Below are positions 1 through 13,656 of a stretch of DNA of 64,000 nucleotides, one piece after another. The notes under the pieces were generated by a model. It was not told the DNA's origin. It made no database searches and worked only from the letters and a program-made list of their open reading frames with translations. The stretch comes from Eledone cirrhosa (lineage: Eukaryota). The position numbers were made by a program, and so were the translations under genes. The stretch spans positions 35,650,001 through 35,714,000 of the forward strand of contig OZ024745.1 in assembly GCA_964016885.1 (NCBI GenBank), given 5' to 3'. How positions within the stretch are numbered: position 1 is the stretch's first letter; every line of letters starts with the position of its first letter.

Positions 1-2309
1 ATGCACAACACAGTGTAAAATCAATGGGGGTATTAATCAGTTTACCGTTAATTTCAAACTAATAAGATTTAAAATAGACTATAATGATATTTTCTGGAAC
101 TATTTTCGATAAGGATAATATATTTATTTCATAATTGGATTTAAAAGACATAGGAACTGTATATTAAATGCTATTTTCTGCACATACAAATTAGCTCAGT
201 TCTAGTACATTTCACCTAAAATGTTCTATATACAATTTGATAATCTAACAACGGTATAAGGTTGAATAAAACAGTTAAGCTGTCAGAAATGATGCAGCCA
301 TTTTTGATTATTAATGAGTGATAATCGAATTTCCATTAAAAGATAGCTTCATAATTACAACAAAAGTCACGAATTAATTAATTAATGGAAAAAAGAAAGG
401 GAAAATAATATAGCTAATGAAATTCTTAGAAGGAATATAGTATATTGTCTTAACCAACAATCAAATATGTCATTTATATATAATGATATCAATTGTGAAT
501 GATTATATAATGAAAGCAGAGTGCAAAACTTGTTGATGACAGTAAATAACGAAATTTAATAAATCATTATGCAAGGAAGTCTACACTGCTATGAGATTGG
601 TTTAACGAAAATAGAACAATAATTGATTATACACCAAAACATAAAAAAACGTAATTATATTGTGTCTTCTTGAACGGTACAGGTTCTTTAATCAAAATAT
701 TCATAAATAGTTGATATATTTCAAAGGCAACTTATTATAAACTATTCACGAATTGTTTAGGTTTCCGTACTATTAATGTGATCCATTGTATTTCTCATTG
801 TTTTAGTCTATAAATTCCTCAATCGTTCACCGTACTACTACAAAAAGGACATACATACGTTGAATTATAGGCCATGTTGGGTTGTTACCGATTTCCCCTC
901 GCAACTAGATTGTATCTCGATTGGTTTCATTGCACCCCATCCTTTGCAAATGACTAAAGCCTTGTAAGTGAGAAATTGCTGATACACAGAAACCGTGGCA
1001 CTGCTCATCAGTGGATGGATAATTGGTGGTAGAATTAATACGTTGGCCATCTTAATGATTTCCACTAGAGCCCAAATATGTTGGCATTGACTGATACCTT
1101 CCTGTCATCCTCCTAACTGATTAGAACAAAGTTGTATTTTCTCCTCTAACTAAGCCTTAAAAACACAGAAAATATAGAAATATGATTGTAAGGGTTGGAA
1201 TTCAATTACTATTTCAAAACCTACAGAAATCATCTAATGACAACCACTTTGTTAGCTGCTAGAAACAGAAGTGATATCTCTCTCAATTCACACATTCATA
1301 TCTTAAACAAATAAACATAGCATAATGCAGTGATGAATACATAAAAAGAGGGAGATGGATGTAATTGTATCTTTTATTTTATCGTATATTTGCAGCATCT
1401 GAAATGATCAGAGGTTAATAACAACAACAACAACATCGACAGCATAAGTCACAAAAAAAAAAAAAGAAATACTAGAATAATGACAGACAAAAACGTTATA
1501 ATATATAATGAAGAATCTTTACGAGTTTCTTACTCATGAATTATGTATTGTCAACCCTTAAAAAATAAGTATGTGGTATGCATTTAATGTACCATTCCCA
1601 CTAGATAAACATATTAGTAACATATCTTTGAAGGGCAACCTTATGTTCCTACTTATATCTCTCAAATAGTTTTCTTTCTTTTTAATGTGTTTTAGTAAGG
1701 ATTTTTCTCATGGATCCATTATAGCTTTAAGTTTAGTTTAGCAAACTAAAATTCTATCATGCGTTTTTGATCTTTTACTTCTTATCATCTGAATGGAGCA
1801 TTTGATATTGCGGCGAGTTATTGATAAAGCAAAGCAAGAGACAACCGAGTACTCGAGTTGATTAAATAGAATATCAGGACCTTCAACTTATATATTTGTA
1901 CATATATATAAGTGGTAAAATGCCATGTGATATTCAGATACGTATATTTACGAGTTCAAATCCCGCATATGTTATCATTGTAAAAATAAATACAATAAAA
2001 CGCAGCATCTAACTGGTCACTCGAACGGGTAAAAATAATAGTCAAATATCCTAGAAAGCAAAGTTGAATGAAAAGGGACCTATATCTACAATTAGCGGCT
2101 AGAATGACTTACTTCCTAGGATGGTATCGGTTATAGCTGATCTGGTACAAATCAGCAATAACAACGACATTCATAATCTATATGAAATAGATAAAAATAT
2201 CAGAAACATAGTGTGCAGATTAACGACATATTGGAAATAGTTTACCTAACTTACAAAAATTGATCGCGTAGCTAGACAGAAAAAAAAAAGAAAAACTCAA
2301 ATGTCAATT

Positions 2310-2377
2310 ATGTCTAATATAAGTAGTTATCTTCTAATTCGACATGTCTAATATAAGTAGTTATCTTCTAATTCGAC
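2310..2377. repeat. Exact 34-bp tandem duplication
   Basis: atgtctaatataagtagttatcttctaattcgac x2. Confidence 0.9.
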
Positions 2378-3415
2378 ATATCAGAAGACCAGAGGCAGAA
2401 TTGATTATCTTTCTAAAAAAAGAAATGTATTGTTTTTCTTTAGAAATTTACTATTATGCTGCAAATATTCATTTCCAATTATAGTCACTTAAACTTTGCA
2501 ATCATATAAGTTTACTATAGTCCCCTGATATTATATGTACCTTGTTTTAAAAATTCCACAATTTAAACTTTTTTGGGGTGGGGTGGGGGGAGATAAAATA
2601 ATGTTTTCATGTAGAGTTATTGAAAAAATACATGAAAGATAATAAAATATGCCTCCCTTTCTGTGATATAATCCTTTATCAATGTTAAAGTATTATTTCT
2701 GTGATGCATATTTCGTGGTGTACTTGATAACCCACCGTAGTTTACTTTATTTAAATGGTTATGCAATATGAAATACTTAATACTTCTTTAACTCACAAAT
2801 ACTTTGAAGCTAGCAATATTACAGGAGAGGAAATCGATGCAAATCGCCAACTCATGTTAACAAAAAATATTCAAAGACGTGAAATAAAAAGAAAAATACA
2901 TATTCAAAGGATCGGAAATTCAAGATGCTCTACACGAGATGAAATATATGCCACATAAAGCGATTAGTTACGTAAGGGGACAATAAAGAAGCAAGTATTG
3001 TTAGAATCAGATCATTGCATGCACCTACGGTAATACTGAGATATGAATTCTAAGTAAGCTTATAAGAATGTATGTATGTATGCATATAAGTACGTAAGCA
3101 TGTATGCATGTAAGTACGTATGTATGCATGCATATGTATATATATGAGAAAGAGAGAGAGAAGGAGAGGAAGAGAGAGACTAAGGTATATAGATTAAGAA
3201 AAGACAGATATATACATACATAGATATTCATGCACAGAGAGTCTTACAACAGCAGTGTCTTGTAACCAAAGGATTTCCACACATATGAGGACGTATGTAA
3301 GCATACACACATTTCAATGTATGCATGCACCGATGTATATATATATATATACCGCCACTACAGGAATTGAAGATTCAAGTACCTTAGCGGTTTGTCGCAT
3401 ATCCAATCTCTTATA

Positions 3416-3478
3416 TATTTTATCTGATGAAAACGTACTGAAACACCATTGTACATTTGAATTATGTATAATTAAATA
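3416..3478 (+). ncRNA. Degenerate hammerhead motif (family C)
   Basis: tattttat-CTGATGA-aaacgtac...gtacattt-GAAT-tatgta-TA-attaaata; GAAA has mutated to GAAT. Confidence 0.45.
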
Positions 3479-3630
3479 TATACTTTGGTTATGATAATAT
3501 TTCTCATTTATTAATATTTTGAATAATATTATATATATATATAATATTTTGAATAATAGTATATATATATATATATACTGTATATATATATATACATATA
3601 CATATATATATATATATATATATGTATATG

Positions 3631-3843
3631 TATTAGAAAGTGAGGTTTTTTTTACAAAATGAAAAATAACCGAGGTGTCCTACACGAGTTAAAGTATAAG
3701 GATAAAAGATGAAATCGAAAATGCAACTGGAGTCTTATTTAAAAAAAATATATATATTTATTTGGTTCCTTTACCGGTTTCGCAGTTCTTCTGTTTTTCA
3801 AAAGTAGAGTTGAGATGGAGGGTCTGTGGTTTTTCTCACATCT
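3631..3843 (-). mobile_element. Family D module (near-identical to 49789-50001) with HHR-like motif
   Basis: ~210-bp dispersed repeat between TA tracts. Minus: ctt-TTGAAAA-acag-aagaa-ctgc-GAAA-CCGG-TA-aag. Confidence 0.65.
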
Positions 3844-6029
3844 GTATATATATATATACGTTTGTATGTGTGTATGTATGGAGATATCTGTGATTTATAC
3901 TTGTATATATTAAGTAAATATTTTTGTCTGTGTTATCTATATGAGTATGTATACGAACCTATGGGGCTCTATATACATTTATGAAAAATGTGACTTTTAA
4001 TTCTATATATTCACATATATTTTCGGGACAATGTCATACAATATATGTATGTATTCAATCAATGTTAAAATGCAAGTAAATCCATTCCACATAAATAAAA
4101 TGCAAGTAAATCCATTCCACTGTAAATAAAACTTAAGGGTCAGTCCGCCGCCTCTTAGTTACAAACGAGAGGGTTGAGAAAAAATTACCCAGGAAAACGG
4201 GGAGGGAGACCAAAACAAATCACTCCGAAGATGTATACATAGATAGTACGAACTCATCGTAATTTATTGGATATGTATTTTATAATGTTTAAAGACAATT
4301 ATTGTAGTGGATTTAAATGAATGTAAAATGAAATACGGCGATGATCAGAGTGACAATAGGAAGAAGGTCAGGAATATCGAGGTTTTAAATTTCTTTACAT
4401 AGAGTAGAATGTTACAATCAAGGAATTATGAAATTCAATCTCTTTTACAATAAACACCGTCATTTTTGACGGGTATTATGCTAACTCTCTCACAAACACA
4501 CACACATACACACACACACATGTTTACAATGTATGCTTTTATCGGAATCATATTTAATAATATTTCAAAGCTTTTAAATCGTATCGAATTTAGCCAAGTG
4601 GATGTAGAACCGTGATTTAATATATATCATTGTGTCCCTGTTGAGTATTTTATAGAGAAACTATGATCTCTATATCAACATTTATTTGGTGAATTACATT
4701 ATCTTTCTTACAAGATTGTATATTTTCTTTTCTGAAATGCTTTCATAAGTCGTTCTTTGCCATTTTGCTGTAATGTGTTTGTGACATTCAAATAAAATTT
4801 GTTGGTATAGATGAATTAATATCATTTTGCTAAAAAAAGAACGAAAAATGTGTAAACGTTATTTGTTTATGTTTTATAACAAGTTAGAATCCGAGATGTT
4901 AACAACAGCCAATTTCTATTTGAAATATTAACGAATTTTTCCTTTATGCAACTTGTGGAGATATCAACAAACAACTATTTTTATAATTGTTATGCCACTC
5001 TTTCCTGCCAACTGCAGTAGTAAACTATTAAGCCCAAACTATAATACTATATATTAAATTATGCAATAAGCAGCTGAGGTATACTAAACAATAATATCTG
5101 TAAATAATACAATATATCATTGATCTAGAGCTGCTAGAAATTTGTGTTAAATATATGTGTAAACAAGTAAACATCTCTTATTTACCTATCATACAGAAAG
5201 AAATGTGTGAGAAGGACATGTTTAAATGTTTACAAATATAAATGTGTATGATTTTTATCGCCGCTTCTGTTAAATCTATAATAACTAGCTGAACTTTTAA
5301 CGAACAAGTTCTAATTCGTATTCTTTTTTCTTTCTTCCCTGATTCCCAGCCATCTTTTTATGATCTTCCATTACATTGTTTCCTTCTAGTGACACTTCTA
5401 ATGCTATCACAACTTCCATTGAATCTGTAGCGCCTACTTTGGCATGCGTAGTCCAGAGTAACTCGCCAATGAGGTGAAGTAGATAGAGTACAAGAAAGAG
5501 GGACTTACTGATTTACACCAAAATATTGTGATACTCAATGATATATTATACATCACAAAATATAAAAGCTAAAATAACAAATGTATAACATCTTGTCATA
5601 TCTTAAGACACATCATCTGTGTTGTTACTTGCGGTTATCAGGTATTTCCGGTCCTTTATCCTTAAAAAGCTTCATTCGGGGAATTCATTAGAGTTCATGA
5701 CGTTTCAGAAGTGCCGAGCTAGTCTTGTCACTTCATTGATTCACTTCTCTAACAACAGTGTATTTCTTTATTTTGAATGGTTAATATAAACGTATTACGA
5801 TTCAATTATACATATATGACACATAGGTGGATTTAGCGGTTTACACAATTTTGAAACTTCCTGTGTCATATCTATCATACTTTCCATTCTTGAAGGCCCT
5901 TAAAAGAACATGAATGATTCTCTACCGACTGTATGCCTCTACCCGTGATTCATGATCGATAACGAGGTTTAAGCATTTCAAACCAGGTGGAGCCCCTGAA
6001 CACACTAAATATTTCTCAGAGAGAGAGAG

Positions 6030-6067
<38 letters not shown>

Positions 6068-6145
6068 GTTATTCCGGGTTGAATCGGAGGTAACCACAGT
6101 AAGTAAGGTACTCAATACATGGCAGAGTATAACAGTTATATAAAA
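6068..6145 (-). mobile_element. Isolated tail of family E between (TA)n tracts
   Basis: Reverse complement of ~57245-57312. Confidence 0.6.
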
Positions 6146-6305
6146 CTATATATATATATATGTTATAAGAACAGATTAAAGTTTAAGCAAAAACACTTTA
6201 ATCTGTTCTTATAATAAATATTTGCCCTACGGGTTTATATATATTTTATATATATATATAATCCTTATTGAGCCCTCTTCGGATTTTATTTTTCACATTT
6301 ATTAT

Positions 6306-6342
<37 letters not shown>

Positions 6343-6346
6343 TTCC

Positions 6347-6455
<109 letters not shown>

Positions 6456-6457
6456 TT

Positions 6458-6558
<101 letters not shown>

Positions 6559-6796
6559 AGCAAAAGGGATATTTAATTTGTTGGTAATTCAAAAATTATT
6601 TAAATCTACCCAGCGTCTAAAAATAACATTTTTTTCAGCCCTATACCTCAACCTCATTTGCATATTCATCTTAATAATTTGAAATATTTGACTTTTCTTC
6701 TCTTTCCCTTCTTTCCTTTAACGATCCAGGAAAAACTTAAACCGTTAAGATCTTCTTCCTGGATATGTCAATATTTATAAAACAAAGCAAACTTTG

Positions 6797-6857
6797 TATT
6801 TTATCTGATGAGAGCGTACCAAAGTGTTGGTACCCTTGAAAAATATATAATAGAATA
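6797..6857 (+). ncRNA. Minimal type I hammerhead motif (family C)
   Basis: tattttat-CTGATGA-gagcgtacc-aaagtgtt-ggtaccctt-GAAA-aatata-TA-atagaata. Confidence 0.65.
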
Positions 6858-6929
6858 AACATGGTTTTATAAATATAGTTTCCATTTATTTAATATCATT
6901 GACACACACACACACACATACACACACAC

Positions 6930-6961
<32 letters not shown>

Positions 6962-7396
6962 GGGTGAGACAATCGATCTCAGTTCATACTTTATCAAACT
7001 CAAAGGGTTGAAATGCAATGTTGACATGTTTGGACACAGAACGCAGAGCTCCGGAACGTATGAAACAAAGCATTCTCTCCAAAATTCTAACGACTCTGCC
7101 AATTCACATCTTTTGACAAAACAATGGAAAATAAGTACATAAATACAGATATGGGGCCATTTTAGCCACATTAATTTAATACTCAGTACTATATTGTTTT
7201 ATGAAACACAATAAGCGATATATTGTCCTTCCTCTATACACTTAATCACTGTTGTATCAAGTAATAAATAATACAATAACAACACAGTAAAAGTACGTAT
7301 CAATATTATTTTCTATATGTCAGTGTGCATTCATATACATACACATGCATTTATATATATATATATACACACACACATACACACACGCACACAAAT

Positions 7397-7470
<74 letters not shown>

Positions 7471-8311
7471 GTGCGTGTATAAATATATGTGTGTGTTTCT
7501 CTGTGTGAATATATACACACGTATATATATATAAACACGTATATATATATAATATATACGTGTGTCTATAGATATACGTGTGTGTTTCTCTGTGTGTGTA
7601 TTCCCGTGTATTCGCTAAAATATACTGAGTACACGTGAATACACGTATCTTTAAACGTGCATTAAACGTAGAATAGATATGATGTGAATAATGTCGTTTT
7701 AATGTGTCTTCTTTTCTCATTCCAAAATAAAAAAAAAAGAAATAAGTGTAGGAAAATATTTATTTCTGGCATTTAAATGCACATACGTACACATGTATTT
7801 ACACATATATAGGCAAACACACCCATACGCATAGGCACATGTATGCAACTACATAAGTATATTTGCACGTAAACAAAAGGAATTCAATATTTTGGGAAAT
7901 ACTTTATGTAACCTCAGGGTCGATTATAACAGCATCAATTATGTATATATAAACAAAAAAATATATTTTTTTTACATGCAACTATATCTATACCTGTGTA
8001 GAATGTCGAACCCTACAATTCTTGTCGTAAATCATAACCACTGAAGCGACTAACATAGAGTGAGTCCCGTTATAACATCTAGCTATACATAATCCTTTTC
8101 CATTAAACACCGACAAGACATTGTTCAGCAGAGTATGAAGAATTTATTTCCTGGAGGTTTAAACTTTCAAAAATATATGGAGAACGAGAACAAGATTATT
8201 ACTTCATCCAGGCGTAGCATTATGGATATATTCTTACTTCATTTTAATGAATTCTTTATTATTTATACTTATATATACATACTTACATACACATACATAG
8301 ATAAACGCATG

Positions 8312-8378
<67 letters not shown>

Positions 8379-8439
8379 CTATATATATATATATGTATAT
8401 ATATATCTATATATATATGTATATATATATCTATATGTA

Positions 8440-8540
<101 letters not shown>

Positions 8541-8579
8541 CTATATATATATATATATGTATATATATATCTATATGTA

Positions 8580-8637
<58 letters not shown>

Positions 8638-9535
8638 TACATATAGAAAATAAGAAAGAATGCGGGTTCCCTGTATCTAAACATTCTAAGAATCAACTTA
8701 TTTAGGAGAAAGTATATAGTCTTGGGAATTCTACATAATACTTCCAAATATCGAATTCCTATTTTTTTTTTCTGTGTGGAATCTGTGATTTTGATGTCAA
8801 TCACGCTGGAGAATATACTTGAAAATATTATTTCATATAAAAAAAGGGTTTCTTCTAAGCGAAATATATGACTTGGTCTCGTAGTCTCTTCATAAATATG
8901 TTACCTCACATAATAACAAAGCCCCTTAATCTACAAATATTCAAACTTTACATCAAACACATCTCATGTAATAAATATATCTTGCCTTTTTTATTCAACG
9001 GAATACCATATTTTTAGTGCCATTCGCCTTTCACTGGGTAGATAACACGAATGTTAACCTAGTGATTGATCCATCGTTGTCATTGTGGTTGTAGTTTAGC
9101 CTTAGGAAAGAGAGGATTATATGAATTTCAGCTAGAGTCACCTAAATATTTATTTACCATAAACGTTGTAGACTGTACATCAAAGTGTCCTTTTTTGATA
9201 CTAAAATGGTATCTGCCTGCTATTTAGGGGACGTCGAGTGATGATGTAGAGAACCGCTCTTTGGCTCATATATAAGTGGTTACAACTCATGGATGGGGAC
9301 CATCTAAAGTGTTACGTACTAATGTTAGTTTATAAATACTGCAGCTAGGACTACTTTTGGTTTCAGACACAACCCGTCACCAGGTTTAATACAACCCATA
9401 GATATTGGGTGTTCATTCTTTTGTAAGATTTGGGTCTGCTCTACCGTTTAAGGATAACTTACGCCTACTATACTTGGTGGGCAGTAAACAATTCCACCTT
9501 CTGATCACTAAGATAAAAAAAGAAACCACTCTAGC

Positions 9536-9830
9536 CAGGACCGGCGTTGTCGTTAAGGCAATCTAGGCAGCTACTTAGAATTACAGTTTTATACAAATTC
9601 GTAAAATTAAATTAAATTTATAATAAATACATCGGTAAAGATATTTTTCGCGAAATAACCTTATAGAAATTTCCAAAGTGGAGAAGGCCGTATGATGGCT
9701 GATTTTGCGTATATGAATTTCAACTGTCCAGTGAAAATGCAGGCTAAGTAATTATTTTAGTGTGGCCAGAGAACGAATCGTCAAAAGCTGGGATTCAATA
9801 GCTGACCAAAGTGTAAGCTCAGATTATTTC
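9536..9830 (+). mobile_element. Possible hAT-type DNA transposon remnant
   Basis: caggaccggc...aggcaatctaggcagct resembles CAGGGCCGGC-type termini. The downstream decayed peptide (..KVEKAV*WLILRI...ER..KL) weakly resembles the hAT dimerisation domain. Confidence 0.3.
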
Positions 9831-10824
9831 ATTAGGTAAAAAACAGGTGGGCATACATTGTAGCGAGGGTAATAAATTCAAATGCACCGCTTCTACTTCT
9901 ATCATATAAAAAATTGTCTATGTGCCTATTAAAACAAGATTAATAAATATTTTACACGCAGATGACGTCTGTGCTGATTATATTTTCCATATGGCTCAAT
10001 TCTGTGCCTTCTTCATTAATTGGTGCCCTTCTTGATTATTAGGACACTCGTATTGGATCGACCCTGTGCTGTGATCTCCGCGGGTATGAGCAACATAAAT
10101 GATATTGTGGAGTCAAAATCAACGAGTTTGGATTATATTCGCTCTGTTGACGCAAAAGTGGAGGTCGGCTCCCTCAACATATCGCCTTGAATCAAAAGAA
10201 ACCTTCACATGAAATAAATTGTTTAAGAAGGACAAATCACTTGTCTGAGATATCACGTTCTTCTACATTCTCCTGTTCAGGATTTCTTGTTCCGGCCTCA
10301 AAACCGACCATTTCCTATTCGTACCGGTCACCGTCGTCCCCCCCCCCCCTCCCCCGGTGATCTCGGTCCGTGGAATATAGTTTTCCTCAGAAAATGGGGA
10401 GGAGGTCATCATATCGGAGGAGAGAGGCCTCTACGGTGGAATAGTTGATTCATCGGATGTCGCTAGCTGTTCTCCGTGATAATACTCTCTTGATTCTGTA
10501 TATGGTGCACAGCTGAGATACACTGCCCTTTCCCTTTTTACATTATATAACTATTCTCCTCCACACTTCTCAACCACTTTCACTTTGCTTGTTTATTATT
10601 TAATCCCTTTCTAAAAATACATTTATCATTGTAAATATATGTATAACAACAATGTATTTAATGTAAAATTATTACAGAGATTATTATTTATCTTTATACA
10701 CATGTATACGCACTTCATGGTTAACTTTGCCTTTTATGCATTTAATGTTGATAAAATATACCAGGGTCGATTCTTCCTCTAAAACTCTAGCTCTTTCTGT
10801 CTTCCTTTCTACTTATAAACACTT

Positions 10825-11283
10825 TTGTCTTAGCTAGGTTCCCTCACAGTCTTCTTGATTCCAACTGCTGTTTCCATAGCCAGAATTTATTCTCTAGCTC
10901 CTCTACTGATTCTGCTATAAGAACCAGATCGTCAGCATAGAGAAGTTCCCATGGACAGCCAGTCTTAAACTACTCTGTTATGACTTGGAGGACTATAATG
11001 AATAAGAACGGACTGAGGACCGAACCCTGATGTACACCTACTTGTATCTAGAATTCCTCACTAAACTCCATTCCTACTCTCACTTTACTGACAGCACCCC
11101 TGTACATAGCTTGCACTGTCCTCACAACCCATTCCCCTACACCTAGTTTCCTTAGGAACCACCAGATAACAGATCGGGGTTCTCTATCAAAGGCCTTCTC
11201 TGGGTCAACAAAAGCTAAGTATAGTGGCTTATTCTTCTCTAAGAACCTCTCTTTTAGTTGTCTCACTAAGAAGAGGGCATCCT
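10825..11283 (-). mobile_element. RTE-clade LINE reverse-transcriptase pseudogene fragment
   Basis: Minus translation DALFLVRQLKERFLEKNKPLYLAFVDPEKAFD...GVHQGSVLSPFLFIIV...PWELLYADDLVL (YADD at 10928-10939), with in-frame stops. Heavily decayed sequence may extend to ~12180. Confidence 0.9.
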
Positions 11284-12953
11284 TGCTGCTAAATTTAATG
11301 GATATGTTGAGTAGCACCAAGATGACTCCGACATTTCTCAGTAAATCAAATTTAACACTTTTATTATCATTGTTTCATTACTTCACTCACTCGAGTATTT
11401 ACCCGCACTCTTTTTCTCTGTTACTTATAACAACAACTTCTATATTCATGATATTCCACTTTCAGCTTCTTTCACCCACTTTCTCTCTCCTCGTTTCTGT
11501 GGATCTCTCCTCTAAAATATATTATTTCTCTTACTGTATCTACTTCTCTTTTATTCCCTTTATCTCTCTTATTCGTTCTCTCTTTCACTATCAACCATTT
11601 TATCAGCTATTCTCTCTATTTCTATATTACTCCTCCTTCATTTCCCACTTTACTTCTTTCCACATTACTCATTCTCTCTTCTCCTCTCAAAGTGACTTAC
11701 TCTCTCTATCTTCCACTCTCTCACATTAACCTTCTTAATTTCTCTGTCACTTATTCATTCATCCTCTATTACTAACGCCCTCGTACAGTCTTATTATCTT
11801 CTTCATTCTCAGATGTAGCTACACTTATTTTCCTTCACTTCTTCTATCATCTGATTTTAAATTTCCTTGATACGCATGCGCATTAAGGAAATATATAACC
11901 CCAAAATACTGTATCAATAAAACTCATACTTCACACACAATTTCCCCCCTCTTCCTTTTAATGTTTACAATTTCTTAATTTATTCTAGGTCACAACCTCA
12001 ATCGCTTTCCGATTGTTCTTCTTCTTTTTGTATCACCGTTCTTTCTTTACATAATATTTTATTAAAAACTTTTCACACGCCTTCATGTTCCACCCGACAT
12101 GTTCCCACCTGCTCCTCTCTATTCTCATATTTTGCCACCATTACTCTAATGCCTCACCCCCATCTCTTTATCATTCTTAATGTCCCTATTCTTTGCTATG
12201 CATCATCACACCTTAATTTGCTCTAGAACAATCGCAATGGATCTCACCGCTAGAAAAGAAATCAACAACATAAAAAGACATAATAATCGACTATCTAGGG
12301 TGCTTCTCCTTATCTAACGTGTAAATTATTGAATATCTCTCAAACGCAACCTTTCTAGTCAAAAATGTTTCGAAACAGTGCTTTGCAGTAATATCAAGTC
12401 AAACCAAATTTAATTGTGAAATATATCTTAGGGATCTAATAAATCTATGCAACCTCTAGTTTCCTCTGCTTTGAGGCTTCTGTTTTCCACCGCCAAATCC
12501 AACCTGAGGAAGGAGCATCATGAGGCAGAATCGTTGAGGAAGGTAGTGTCGCTGGCCGTTCTGCACAGAAAAGCTTTCACTCTCACGTCGACTAGTTACA
12601 GCTGAGATATACCGATCGTACAAGGTTGTAGATTACCTCTTCCACATATCAACACATTTTTATTCATTTTACTTGTCCTTTTTTCGTTTTTTATCATTTT
12701 AATATTATATATGTATTTTAAATAAAATAACTAATATTTCCCTAAACTGATATGACATGTACTGGTTTATTTATCACTGTTATTAACTTTCCTAACTTTA
12801 TGTCGCTAACAAAATGTCCTTAACGTCTAACCCAATTTCTCATTTCCGAACACAGCCCTCTACGAGTAACGTTCCTCCAGAGACCTATTTCGATCCCTTG
12901 TATTAATGCTCGTATTATTCCGGTTATTACCCATCATACAAGACCAGGTGTAA

Positions 12954-13298
12954 GACATCCCTGAGCAAACTGAGGACTTGGGGACAGAGGGAAGATTGTT
13001 CAGCTGTGTAGTTTCAGATTCAGCTGTTAAATGCTGCTGGTGATAGATGGTTGGTGTAGCACCGGATTGCAGGAGGATCCCTTGGTTCAATTACTAGGTC
13101 AAAGATGCCATCTGAGCCAAGAAGTATGCCTACACAAATTGGTTTGGAAATAAGTCCCCCTTAATACGCTTTTGGTACAAGCAGGCACGAAGAATCGCAG
13201 CAGAGACAGTAAAAGCGCCCAAAGTTAAGACATAGGAGGACTTTGGTGTTAAGCTGAAATCTGAGTTCAGATTAGCAAATAAACTATTCTAGCAGTCC
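12954..13298 (+). mobile_element. Decayed non-LTR (RTE-like) ORF fragment, endonuclease-RT linker
   Basis: One frame reads ...RRIPWFNY*VKDAI*AKKYAY...YKQARRIAAETVKAPKVKT*EDFGVKLKSEFRLANKLF*QS. This resembles the PWW..VK.AI..KK.A...WE.FG..L....ANK.FW linker. Confidence 0.65.
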
Positions 13299-13467
13299 CT
13301 TATATAATAATTATATAATAATTATTCAACTTAGTAATACATACTTAAGGAATGTGTGTATATGTTATATACATACATTCTACTTTCTTAATGTAGAGAG
13401 ACTGAGGGAGAGAGAGAGAAAAAGGAAAGGAGAAAGAAATTAACTAAAATGCCGAACGAACAATTCA

Positions 13468-13656
13468 GTGGTCACTCGACCACTAGAAATAGGAGCCAAG
13501 TTTCTATTGAATTACAATTTGCCATCTTGGAGAACGCATTCCTCCTGACGCAATACCTAAAGGAAGAGTGATGTAGTCATGGCTTGAATGCAGTTGATAA
13601 TAGGCCGGCTCACTCAGTGAAGGAAGATTTCAGTGCTAAACATTAACAACAACAAT
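13468..13656 (+). mobile_element. SINE-like repeat ending in (AAC)n
   Basis: ggtcactcgacc.ctagaaata..agccaa...ctaaaca..aacaacaac. Related copies at ~1243-1435, 2030-2167 and 46575-46740, and on the minus strand at ~9085-9240 and 15140-15205. Confidence 0.55.

Noticed and set aside
11283-11729. 148-aa Ser/Leu/Phe-rich ORF
   Set aside because: Antisense to decayed LINE-adjacent CT-rich sequence.
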